DNA from: a virus
Length of the DNA: 64,000 bases
Reading direction: 5' to 3' (one strand)
IMG/VR virus record: IMGVR_UViG_3300050821_001948
Location: 1 to 64,000 of that record
Shown here: positions 43,881-53,371 of the stretch, piece by piece
Numbering within the stretch: the stretch's first letter is position 1
Layout of the letters: the number at the start of each line of letters is the position of its first letter
Translations under genes and position numbers: made by a program
Notes under the pieces: model-generated
What the model was told of the DNA's origin: nothing
Seen by the model: only the letters and a program-made list of their open reading frames with translations
The model's database searches: none

Positions 43881-45420
43881 AAGACTTCAATTCGGTAATA
43901 AGTTCCTCATCTGTAATCCAGCCAGTTACAGTGTAAAGCGTCGTGGGAAACAGGTCGGAATAATGCTTAAACGTACCCTCGTACACTGGCGCGTCAGCAG
44001 TTCCACTCTTACTAACCTTACGGATCTGGTTCTCTGCAAGGTTAGCCCATGAGACCACCATGGATAGTTCCGGATTTTGGAGACCCGTTAGGATCTCTCG
44101 TACAGGACCCCATCCCTCCTGCTCGAAAATCTCATTCTGGTTCCCGTTGTAATCATCCGACACTAGCAAGGGGATAATAACATCCGTTAGCCGTCCACTT
44201 GGCGTCATGCGGGTACCGCGTCCCACGCGCTGAATAATATCCACGGGTGATCTATGCATGTCGACAAACGCGACAGTATCTACGGCTGGTACGTCCACGC
44301 CCTCGCCTACCGTACGACATGAGCATAGGATATAGGCCGAATGGGCTCCATTGCCTAGGTGTTCTAGGGTTCCTAGGGCCTCATTAATCTTATCACGACT
44401 CATCTTGCCTGAAATATAGACGGCCTTAATACTGGGTCCGAAGTAGTGTTCGGAGAATCTACGTGCGGCTTCTACCGTTTGGAAGTATGCCATGACACGC
44501 TGGTTACCCTTAGAAATGGCGTTGAGGATTGCCTGTCGTGCAATAAGTTCCCGCTCAGTCATAGGCTTCCCGGCAACAGTGTGACCCGAATCCGGTCTAC
44601 CGTACTTGTCAATAGTCGTAGCAAGTGCTGCTTTACGCATTGCTTTTGTGAACGACTTAGGGGATGCCATGGCAATGTGGATTTTGTAGTCAGAGGCAAT
44701 TCCCCGAGCTACAGCATCGGTAAACTTGAACTCATATGCGCAAGGTCCAAAATGACTTTCATCCCTCATGCCAATACGCATTTCGAAGTCAGTCTTATCA
44801 GAGTGCTTTGGGGTCGCGGTGACAAACAGCTTCCGCGTACCTAGCTTGCGCCTGTAACCTTCTCGTTTCGTGGCGTTGTCAAAAGAGTGAATGGCTTGCG
44901 CGAATCGCCCAAACTCCATAGTGCTAGCACCCTTTGGAATTAAAACAGTTGCATGATGTGCTTCATCCACGATGAGAAGAACATCGTCGCGGCGGCGGCG
45001 GAGGGCATTATTACCGGCTACCTTACGGGCGAAACTGCTGTTGGTGGTAAATACGATAAGTGGTAAGCCAGATTTGACCATCTCAGTCAGATCGTCCTTG
45101 GAATCACCACTGACAACGCAGTATTGATACTCGGACGGTTCTACAACAACAGGAGGTAAGCCATTGCGTCGCAATACGTGCTGAGGGTTCTGCCACTTAA
45201 GGAGCGCCTCAGCGATGAGCGCCTTCGTCGGGAAGGTTACGACGATGATTGGCTGGGTGACAGGCTTGACGGCGCGGATTGCAGCCTCGTAACAGATGTT
45301 AGTCTTACCTGTGCCCGTAGCTGAGATGACATGGGTGTAGCGATAGCCGCCTTGGTATTTGCCAAGGATTGCTTTAACCGCCGCTCGGGCATGCTTATTG
45401 AATTCCGTTTGCTTTTCCAT
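43864..45420 (-). CDS. Superfamily 2 DEAH helicase/ATPase (ResIII-like)
   Basis: ATGTGKT, FPTKAL, VDEAHH, TATP, GEGVDVPAVD, IIQRVGR. Confidence 0.9.
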   Translation of the reverse strand: MEKQTEFNKHARAAVKAILGKYQGGYRYTHVISATGTGKTNICYEAAIRAVKPVTQPIIVVTFPTKALIAEALLKWQNPQHVLRRNGLPPVVVEPSEYQYCVVSGDSKDDLTEMVKSGLPLIVFTTNSSFARKVAGNNALRRRRDDVLLIVDEAHHATVLIPKGASTMEFGRFAQAIHSFDNATKREGYRRKLGTRKLFVTATPKHSDKTDFEMRIGMRDESHFGPCAYEFKFTDAVARGIASDYKIHIAMASPKSFTKAMRKAALATTIDKYGRPDSGHTVAGKPMTERELIARQAILNAISKGNQRVMAYFQTVEAARRFSEHYFGPSIKAVYISGKMSRDKINEALGTLEHLGNGAHSAYILCSCRTVGEGVDVPAVDTVAFVDMHRSPVDIIQRVGRGTRMTPSGRLTDVIIPLLVSDDYNGNQNEIFEQEGWGPVREILTGLQNPELSMVVSWANLAENQIRKVSKSGTADAPVYEGTFKHYSDLFPTTLYTVTGWITDEELITELKSYAASK

Positions 45421-45426
45421 GATCAA

Positions 45427-45455
45427 AAAATATCCTAACGTCCGTTACTTGTCAA
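45427..45455 (-). promoter_or_regulatory. SigA-like promoter TTGACA-N17-TATTTT with operator TAACG-N2-CGTTA in the spacer
   Basis: -10 ends 6 nt before ATG 45420; operator at 45436-45447. Confidence 0.72.
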
Positions 45456-45465
45456 GGTTTCTTAC

Positions 45466-46034
45466 TCACAGAATATCCCGTTCGACGCGACCACACCGCT
45501 GGCAGGTTCTGATCTGCGCATCAGCCGGAACCTGTTGCCCCTTGTAGGTGGTGGTCAGCTTAACAATGCGCCACTTGGACCAGTCATGGAATAGCCGACA
45601 GGTGGTCCGCTTCTTCTTAAGAGTGCGCTCAGCCGTTTCCCCTTCGTACTTCGAGGGGGGCGGATCATATAAACAATCTCCACTCATGCCGCTTCCTCAT
45701 GTGGATACTTAACCCGAAGCGAGTCAGGGATGTAGTCCTTGTGGTTGTCAAAATCCATGATGAAGTCATGGATGGCATCCGAAAAATTGACACACTGATG
45801 GATACCTCTAACGAGAATCCCGAAGCTGTAGACGTCAACCGGGATTCCCGTTCGCAGCTTCAAATACAGGGCCACAGGACAGGATTCAGGGTAGCTAACA
45901 CCGACGATGCCGAGTTCATCCAGGAAATGGGCGACACCCTCAGGGGTTTGTGGTAGCGCGCTTAGCGCAACCTCAATCCGTCGAATCTTGCGCGCGGTTA
46001 GCTTCCTGGATATTACATCGACCAGACTCTTCAC
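45466..46034 (-). CDS. Two hypothetical proteins (45466-45687 DUF1660-like; 45684-46034 CPVA family)
   Basis: CRLFHDW...CQRCG; ALSALP...G...CPVALYL. Confidence 0.55.
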
Positions 46035-46879
46035 ACGTCTGCCTTCACCTTTGTGGCTTTCTTGACAACTGTCGTCTTAGGTTTGGCGGCGCGCGCCTTC
46101 GCCGCAATCGCCCGTTCCAGATTGACTGTTAGGTCCAGCGTCGTGGCAGTATCGCCAGATTTTTCCTTCGGAGCGGTTGCATCAACCGGAGTTCCGGCTT
46201 CGACAAGCTCTTCCAGCTTCGCCCGACTCTGGTTCACGTAGTGCTCCAGCTCAAATCCTTCGACGGAAGTGTCAAGGAGCTGAGTCAGGAGGTCGACCTG
46301 CTTGGCATCTGCACCAATACCAGCCGTTGGAGCGGGCTGCTGATCCTCTGGCCACGCCAACTGAGAGATCGTCAGAGTGTCGCCGCGAACTCCTAGACGG
46401 TACAGAGCGGCCTTCGTGCGGGAAGCCCAGGTGGTCACCATTGCCAGATCTGGACGGGTCTTCAGAACCTCCACGAACAGCGCGTAGGCATTACCAGCAC
46501 CCTTAGCTGGTGACAGGTAATAAACCGATCCTGTCGGCATCAGGGAAGAGATCTCGTCGGCCGGGTGAACATTGACACTCATGCCGAACTTGACTTCATC
46601 CGGCGCCTCAAGTTCCTTCAGCTCATCCTTGGACAGGATAACGGCGGTGTTGCCGACCTTGCGCCCTCGCAGCGGAAAGTCCCGCGTAGTTCCTTCAGTG
46701 GAGCACAGGGGGCAACGGTATAACTGGTTCAACGAAGAAGGATTATGTTCACCGTGTCCACCGTCACACAGCATCGAAAGTCCCGTAGATGGTTCAGAGA
46801 CTGCTGACATGACATCGAATGAGCCTAAAGTAAGTCCACTGACACTCAGTGAAACCCCTGATCGAATCGGACTAGCCAC
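46031..46879 (-). CDS. ku: Ku-like DNA end-binding protein
   Basis: Ku beta-barrel pattern (AVILSKDELKEL, YYLSP..GAGNAYALF, L.WPED, HYVN..R.KL, LDLTVNLERAI) and a basic tail; GTG 46879 has SD AAGGAAG. Confidence 0.8.
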   Translation of the reverse strand: MASPIRSGVSLSVSGLTLGSFDVMSAVSEPSTGLSMLCDGGHGEHNPSSLNQLYRCPLCSTEGTTRDFPLRGRKVGNTAVILSKDELKELEAPDEVKFGMSVNVHPADEISSLMPTGSVYYLSPAKGAGNAYALFVEVLKTRPDLAMVTTWASRTKAALYRLGVRGDTLTISQLAWPEDQQPAPTAGIGADAKQVDLLTQLLDTSVEGFELEHYVNQSRAKLEELVEAGTPVDATAPKEKSGDTATTLDLTVNLERAIAAKARAAKPKTTVVKKATKVKADV

Positions 46880-46917
46880 TTTGACCACTTCCTTCATTCT
46901 ACTCGGCGTAGAAATTG

Positions 46918-46951
46918 TACCGCTACCAGCCTTCCCTGACCAGTAGCGGTA
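46918..46951 (-). terminator. Hairpin downstream of the tRNA-like RNA (possible terminator or processing signal)
   Basis: TACCGCTAC/GTAGCGGTA 9-bp stem followed by CAAUUUCU on the minus strand. Confidence 0.45.
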
Positions 46952-46959
46952 GATCTATA

Positions 46960-47067
46960 GTTGCTGGAGCCCCGATTTGCACGGGGGTCTCCTCGGGCTA
47001 ATCGCTTCACCACCTAGGTGGTTAGGCGACTCCTCGGGCTCTAGGCTACTGAGCTACATCCAACAAC
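46960..47067 (-). ncRNA. tRNA-like ncRNA with enlarged anticodon domain
   Basis: Acceptor-like stem GUUGUUGGA/UCCAGCAAC, D arm UAGCUCAG..UAGAGC, T arm CCCCG-UGCAAAU-CGGGG, 51-nt insert. Confidence 0.6.
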
Positions 47068-47073
47068 AAAACT

Positions 47074-47102
47074 ATCGTTCCACAAGGCTTAGCAGTTGTC
47101 AA
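47074..47102 (-). promoter_or_regulatory. Promoter TTGACA-N17-(TG)-AACGAT
   Basis: Predicted start site coincides with the 5' G (47067) of the tRNA-like stem. Confidence 0.55.
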
Positions 47103-49698
47103 GACTTCTCTGGTCGAATATTGATCGGAGGGCTGTCTGGGTATTCGCTGACGACACCTGTGGCGCGGATGAAGTCCCAGTTGTTTCGGTCGAGCCGATT
47201 ACCGTTATTCTGAATCAACTCTAGAGCCTTCAGCCGATTCGCTGTCTGAAGCTCAGTTGCAATAGTTGAAAGCGTGTACTGGATTTCTACCGCTCTTTCG
47301 TTGTCCATGTTTACTCTCCAAGTTGCAGATAAACCATTCGACCTTTTGCACTAACAGTGGAGTAACGTTCGACTAGCCCATCTGCCGCGTTTTTACACGA
47401 CCAACTTTTTCCACGAGCCTTCACTCGAAGTTCGCGTCATCTAAAATGCGAACACCGTCGACTGCTTCAACCCCTGACAACTCACACGGATTTCCGATCT
47501 CACAACAGCAACAAGCACTATCACTGAATCCAGCCCATCCAACATCGTGAAAACAACAAACATGAAATGTGTCACCCATTGGAGTTCCTCTCAGTTTGCG
47601 TGCGGATCTGCCACTAAAACACCATCGACAGCGAAGTATTCAAGAAATTCGTGCTCAAGTTTCTCGATACACATTTTGCGTACCTTGTGAATAACTTCAC
47701 CCTCAGTAAAGTCTGGATGCACTGAAACCGTTGACGTAACGGCAATCGGTTTACCAGTGTAAACGTCTGCCGCTAGCATGTGTGACTGAATCTGAAACTG
47801 ATACGTGTTCAGAAAATCTGCCGGGGATCTCACTTCGAGCCACATTTCCGGTGGCAGTGTGATGCGCGCACAAAGTTCTTCCAGCCTAACAAAATCAGCG
47901 TAGTGGTCCCGAACGGTCACTTTCCAGCGCGCCAAACATTAACCGTTGCAGCTAGAGCGAAAATCGGCCACAGTAGGAAGATTGCTGTTTTCCAACCGCC
48001 TGAGACCGGCTTACTGTTAGCCGTTGTCATCCGAGCCATTGTGGCGCCGACGAAAAGATAGAAGGCGACAATCCCTAATACCGCCCAGACCATTATAGCT
48101 CCGACAATGCTAGTTGTGTCAGCTCATCATCCAGATAAGAAATGGCGAGCACGACGCCCTCATTCTTACCAAGTAGGCGCCGCTGGTCGTCCGGAGATGT
48201 GCAGCTCGTAGCCAGATTGATTAAAGCTAGGGATGCATGATCCAAACGGGAGCGCAGACTCAACAGAGTCTGTCTCGTGACTGCATCCATCAGCTCAAAT
48301 CCAACAGTTCAACTTCATCGAGCGAATCGATAATCTGACGGGCAATAGCTTGCGTGCCTAGGCCATCGGGGGTTAGGCCCGGAATATTAGAGGCTAGCAC
48401 CGAACAAACAATACCGATAGCGTTGTTACGCGCCCCTGTGTACTTCTCAGCTTGGGCCGCGATGTATCGATCCACAAAATCGGAAGTGGCGGGTTCGCGA
48501 GATGCGCTCATCAGTAGTCCTCATCCTCGTACTCGTCGTAGTACTCCCCATTGTCGCCATTATACCAGCAGCGCTTAACGGTTTCCTGTAAGACTGACAG
48601 GACTGAACCCGAGGCGATCTCATCCCAGGGACCACCGTTAGCGATCTCATCCCAGGAACCGGAGGCCGTCTTTATTAGCATAGCTGTACCGTCAAGGCTT
48701 ACGGTAAGATTGTAGAAGCCGTACTGACCACAGGTGTGTTCGAGGAAGCTATAACGAACATACTCGTGTTCTAGTGCAAATTCCTTGCTGAGCTTCTTAA
48801 GTCCTGCCGCCAACTTTTTGATATCGGTGTCTTTTTCAACGATCAACATGGGCTCTGGTTGAACGGCCTCATTGTTGTCATTGACTTCGCAGCCAATCCC
48901 ATAGACCTCGGGAACCAGATTCTTTGCGAACACCAGAAGTTTTTCTTCAGCGGCGATATTTCCCACCCCTCTAGACCAGGATGCCTGAACCAGCTCGCGG
49001 AGTGAGAGATCCTTGGTTGTAACCCATTCGGTCATGAGGGATGAACGGAGATCCCTTAGTTCACGCCACTTACCGTTCAGGACAGCAATTTCCTGCCACA
49101 AGGTTTCCATCTCAACGTCGGTTTGCGCGATGCGCTCAAGGGTGCTCATGAAGCATCCTCCGGGTGGCGGCGATCCCAGTCTTCCAGCCGAGTCTCTACC
49201 CGAAGCTTGGCCACATTCGTGGACCAGGGAACAACCAGCAACGATCCATCGTACACGTGGACATTGAGCTGCTCTTCGTCGGGTTCTACCTTGATGTCAA
49301 TACGGCGGTTCTCACCAAGAAGGAAGCGAATCGTAGGGGATTTTCCGATCGGCTGACCATTCTCCTGAGAAGACCTGTATGGGTCTAGGAATGTGTTCGC
49401 ATCCCCCTCATCGGTCTGACTGAAAAGACGCCCTTCGAGCGATTCGATCTCAGCCTGGAGCTGCGAGATGTACCGCTGCGCCCACTTAGGAAGATTCTCA
49501 GTATCTCCCACGAAAGGTCCACGTGTTACAAGCATGACTAGCTCCTCCCGATTATGGATTCTAAATCACTGATAACACCATAAAGGATATCAGCCCGGTG
49601 GTCTGCCATTCTACGGGTGTATCCATCCTCATCAATGCAGCGAGCTGTATAGGAGGCTCGCTCTGCTTTTTCTTGATAGCCAAGAATGAGATCTTCAA
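47099..49698 (-). CDS. Block of hypothetical proteins (47099-47308, 47421-47579 Cys-rich, 47591-47935, 48093-48290, 48290-48511, 48511-49149, 49146-49535, 49538-~49719)
   Basis: Coupled ORFs; 47421-47579 read by hand (MGDTFHVCCF...ACCCCEIG). Confidence 0.5.
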
Positions 49699-50360
49699 TC
49701 TCTTCGTTTACTGTCACGATTCCTCCTATCGGTAGTTCGCTTACGGTGACAAATTGCACAAACAAGATCACACTTCGCGAGTTCTGCTAGAACCTTTTCT
49801 TTTGAGAGCTGGACCATTTTAGAGGGGGTATATAACTTAACCTCCCCATCACGGTGATCCCATTCCATGGCATGAGGATGATGTTTAACCCCACAATCCA
49901 TGCAAGGGAAGTCTTTAAGTGAATTGAACCACTCCCGGCTTCTTTCTCGGGAGCGACGTTGACTTGCTAAGGCGCGTTCTCTATTCGACCCAGTACGATT
50001 CCTACGCGCCTTTTCTCTATTATGTTCCCTATGGGCTTCATCCCATAATCTAGTCTTTTCTTTATGTCGTGCTCTACTTTCTTCTGGAGTTAATAGAACA
50101 CGCGGAACAACACTCTCAGGATTCTTTTTACGTCGATAAGCCCTCTGTTTAGCGCGCGCTGCTTCTGGATCGGCTAACCTACGCTCTAATTGATAAGCTA
50201 ATCTTATTTCTCGATTAGCTAAATAAGTAGCTCGGGCTTTTTCCTTTGTTCTAGCCGCATAGTCCGCGTCGGTATCAAGCCTATTTCTTCGATACTCTCT
50301 CTGTTTAGTGTTTCGCAGCTCTAACTCTTGAGGGGTTAGTTCGCTAGCGAGGCGCGTCAT
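49695..50360 (-). CDS. HNH endonuclease with basic helical N-terminus
   Basis: PCMDCG...MEWDH...ELAKCDLVCAICHRKRT. Confidence 0.85.
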   Translation of the reverse strand: MTRLASELTPQELELRNTKQREYRRNRLDTDADYAARTKEKARATYLANREIRLAYQLERRLADPEAARAKQRAYRRKKNPESVVPRVLLTPEESRARHKEKTRLWDEAHREHNREKARRNRTGSNRERALASQRRSRERSREWFNSLKDFPCMDCGVKHHPHAMEWDHRDGEVKLYTPSKMVQLSKEKVLAELAKCDLVCAICHRKRTTDRRNRDSKRRD

Positions 50361-50367
50361 GAGAGGA

Positions 50368-50396
50368 AGAATAGCATAGCATAACTAGGCTATCAA
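50368..50396 (-). promoter_or_regulatory. Promoter TTGATA-N17-TATTCT, leaderless, for the HNH gene
   Basis: -10 ends 7 nt before ATG 50360. Confidence 0.6.
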
Positions 50397-51377
50397 CGAG
50401 TGTCCTGCTGCTAATTTTATCGCCTCCTCCTTTTCTGCTCGAAGAAGGTCATTAGCCCTTCTAACACCCGAGCCAGAGAGTCGACGTCCAGCCTTGAGCT
50501 TGAGGATGTAGCCTCGCTTAACAAGAACGCGCTCGACGGCATCGACACCGCCAGGCGCATTCAGAACCTCTGCTACGGCCGACCGACCCAGGCCATCTGG
50601 GAAGCGGAGAAGCGTAGTAAGGTAGTCCCGCGCCATCTTATCGAGCCCGTCGCAGGTGAGGTTCATTAGCTCAAGGGTCTCCGAGATGGAGTAAGAACCA
50701 TCCTTCGGCGCGTTATTCGAACAGATGGCAAGATCGCGGATGTTAGCAAGAATCTGCTTGGCAAGACGTGGGTTATTATCTGCGGCAGTTGCCACAAGCC
50801 CAAGAGTCTCATCGTTCGGAAGTGGAAGCGCGCCGAAGAGGCGACTCGTCATCCCCTTGGCGATCAAGGTCGCTTCGTCGTGGGTGTAGTCCACGAGAAC
50901 CGGACGGAGCTGGAAGCGGGTCAGGATCGTGTCAGGGAGCTTACCCACCTCGTTGGTGCAGGCAATAATGCAAACCTTCGGCATCTCTTCCTCACCAGCG
51001 GCAGTCACGATCACACCATCTTGAAGAAAGTTAAGCGCCCAGGAAAGTTTTGCCTTGCCGCCAACTACGGCGTCACCGAACTCATCCCATAAAAGGATGT
51101 CCCCATCCTCCATGCTAAGGAGGATCTGCCGCGCCTCGTTAGCCCGTACGGGACCAGCGACCACCTTGATCTGCTTCTGCATCTCACGGGCCGCGAGCAC
51201 CGCCAGCGTGGTCTTACCATTCCCGCTTGTACCCTCAAGAAGGGTGTGCGGCATGGTTACTCCACGACTACGCGCGGACGTAGCGGCGATCTGGAGCTGG
51301 CGCTTCACGAGCGGCTGCCCGATGTAGTCGTCCCACTTCAGATCGTAGTCCGGATTTTCAAGAAGTGACTCACTCAC
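50385..51377 (-). CDS. ruvB: RuvB-like Holliday junction branch-migration ATPase
   Basis: WDDYIGQ, HTLL.G.SGNGKTTLA, GDILLWDE, PRLAKQIL, DGLD, E..L...GYI....GR; start reassigned to GTG 51377 with SD AGGGAG. Confidence 0.85.
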   Translation of the reverse strand: MSESLLENPDYDLKWDDYIGQPLVKRQLQIAATSARSRGVTMPHTLLEGTSGNGKTTLAVLAAREMQKQIKVVAGPVRANEARQILLSMEDGDILLWDEFGDAVVGGKAKLSWALNFLQDGVIVTAAGEEEMPKVCIIACTNEVGKLPDTILTRFQLRPVLVDYTHDEATLIAKGMTSRLFGALPLPNDETLGLVATAADNNPRLAKQILANIRDLAICSNNAPKDGSYSISETLELMNLTCDGLDKMARDYLTTLLRFPDGLGRSAVAEVLNAPGGVDAVERVLVKRGYILKLKAGRRLSGSGVRRANDLLRAEKEEAIKLAAGHSLIA

Positions 51378-51450
51378 AATTGTCTCCCTAGCAAAAGATT
51401 CTGTATGCGAACAGAAACTTGACTCAGTGAACCACGTCAAGACTATCCTG

Positions 51451-52646
51451 TCAACGCGGCGATTTATACAGCTCGATCCGGATGTCTCCAGCGAGGTCTT
51501 CCTCGGTCCAACCGATCTGGCGGTCTGTGATGAGCCAATCCAGGGCTTCCCATACGGTGTCAGTGCTATGAAGCCACACATCATTCAGGAAGATGAGATA
51601 CACATCGTTCTTCATAGCTTCTCCTTGTCGAGACAGATTAAACTTAACCAAGCGCCTGACGCAAACGCGATGACGAACGCATGCTCATTGTCAGCGTCGC
51701 CCTGAAAGAGGAGAACGCCGCCGCCGTTGATTTCAAAAGCCCCAGCCAGCACGCCTTCAGTACTGCCGTCAGCCAGCCTGACCTCATAGTGGAACTGTTT
51801 CACAACTTCTCCTTTGTGGGGGTAATGCCCCATACTTCGGATAATAGGACAGCGACACCATTGAACAGCTTAGCCAGTTCCGCGCCGGTCCATACCCTGT
51901 TGGGCTCTTCAGCGAATACTTTACTCAGACCGTCAATGCAATCGAGTACGCCTTGACGGGGCGTTGCTACTGTCGGCCATGCAAACCAGTCACCGAATAG
52001 CGATCCATCCACGAATTCTCCTAAGAACTGTACAGGGGCTTAACGTCGAAATGAATCTGCCCGTACTTTTCAATACCGGCAGCCCCGATGACCGTTTCTG
52101 CCGCGAACGCGGCCTGTTCTTTCCGCGTTTCAGCGAATGCGAAAGCGTCTTCAGCGTGGAAGAATGGCCCGATCACGAGAACATCAGACGGCTTGTCTGT
52201 GTCCTGATAGAAGTAGACACACCACGGCCCGTCGATGGTTTCAACGGCTAGTTCGACCTTAGCCTCATCCAGAATCTCTTTTATTCCCATCAAACCTCCT
52301 CAAAGTCGTTCTGCAAAGCGTACTCAGCCTGCGCTAGCGCAATCCCCCACGGGTTCCCGTTATCCTGCATGTTCTGCACGACATCAGCGTAATGGGCCAC
52401 ATCTGAGTTCTTTTCAAAAACGGGAATGTCCCTAGCCGCGCATGCATCGTCTACACTGTCACCGTCCCATTCAGTGAGCTGAGAAAGTGATATGCCGAGA
52501 CGGTAGAGTGCCTGACCGATAAGGCAGGATGGCTGATCTCCGTCGACGTATCTACAGACTCCATCTTCGGGTTGATAGACGACGTCCGGGCCAGCTTCCT
52601 CGACAACATCGTGCACTGCCATACGAAGTTCTTCAAGCTCGATCAT
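51451..52646 (-). CDS. Small hypothetical proteins, including 52290-52646 (PSCLIG family)
   Basis: Coupled ORFs. Confidence 0.5.
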
Positions 52647-53371
52647 CGGACGCGCTCCTTCATTGTCGGCTGCAAATTGATACCTTTCAGGATATTAGAT
52701 CTAAGATCTTCGCCCGCGCACTGAAGAAGCCTCAGCGTCGCTTCTAGGTCCAGTTCAAACATCTTGGCAAGCTCCTCCCTACGCCTCTCTGCCGAGACAG
52801 CTCCAACGAGGGGAGCCATGGCGGGATCTTCTAGCGCCCGCTGAATGTCGTCGTCCCACTCAAAGGCCAGCTTCACTGAGAACCGCATCACGCGGAGAAC
52901 CCTCAGTGCGTCTTCCCTGAAGCGTTCCTGAGCTGAACCAACCGCGCGCAGCATGCCGCTATAAAGGTCATGCTGACCACCAAAGGGATCGTACAGGACG
53001 CCCTCAGCATCCATGGCGATGGAATTGATCGTCAGATCGCGGCGCCCTTGGTCTTGAAGGAGAGTCCCGCGCTCTACCGTGTCAGGCCGACGACCATCGC
53101 TATACGCGCCATCTTTTCGACAGAGCACGAAGTCAGCGGTGATCTTGCTGAAGTCATGGCCCGCGAATGACCAGCCACCCTTAGGACAGTGCGCGCGTAC
53201 GGTGAAATAGCTCGGTGATTCCAAATACGTCTCGAAACCCTCATCACACAACCATTCCACCATGTCCTGGTATGAGTCAGCCTCAACACTGAAGTCGAAG
53301 TCGTGCGGGCGAATACCTAGAAGTCTATCCCTGACTGCGCCGCCCACAAGGTAGGGCGTAATCTCACTCAC
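52643..53371 (-). CDS. tRNA nucleotidyltransferase (CCA-adding/poly(A) polymerase, class II), no HD domain
   Basis: YLVGGAVRD, DFDF, RRDLTINSIA, DPFGG, EDALRVLRVMRF, VSAER. Confidence 0.9.
   Translation of the reverse strand: MSEITPYLVGGAVRDRLLGIRPHDFDFSVEADSYQDMVEWLCDEGFETYLESPSYFTVRAHCPKGGWSFAGHDFSKITADFVLCRKDGAYSDGRRPDTVERGTLLQDQGRRDLTINSIAMDAEGVLYDPFGGQHDLYSGMLRAVGSAQERFREDALRVLRVMRFSVKLAFEWDDDIQRALEDPAMAPLVGAVSAERRREELAKMFELDLEATLRLLQCAGEDLRSNILKGINLQPTMKERVR

Noticed and set aside
46960-47067. Canonical tRNA or intron-containing tRNA call
   Set aside because: No 7-nt anticodon loop, bulged acceptor stem and no group I or BHB intron features; kept as a tRNA-like ncRNA instead
48614-48656. 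16-bp direct repeat GCGATCTCATCCCAGG, two copies
   Set aside because: In-frame 27-bp duplication inside a CDS (WDEIA twice); only two copies, so not a CRISPR array
50385-51584. Long N-terminal extensions given by the ORF track (RuvB, also 25394-25879, 34364-34795, 59229-59699, 61352-61897)
   Set aside because: They overlap upstream genes or structured leaders; downstream starts have proper SDs
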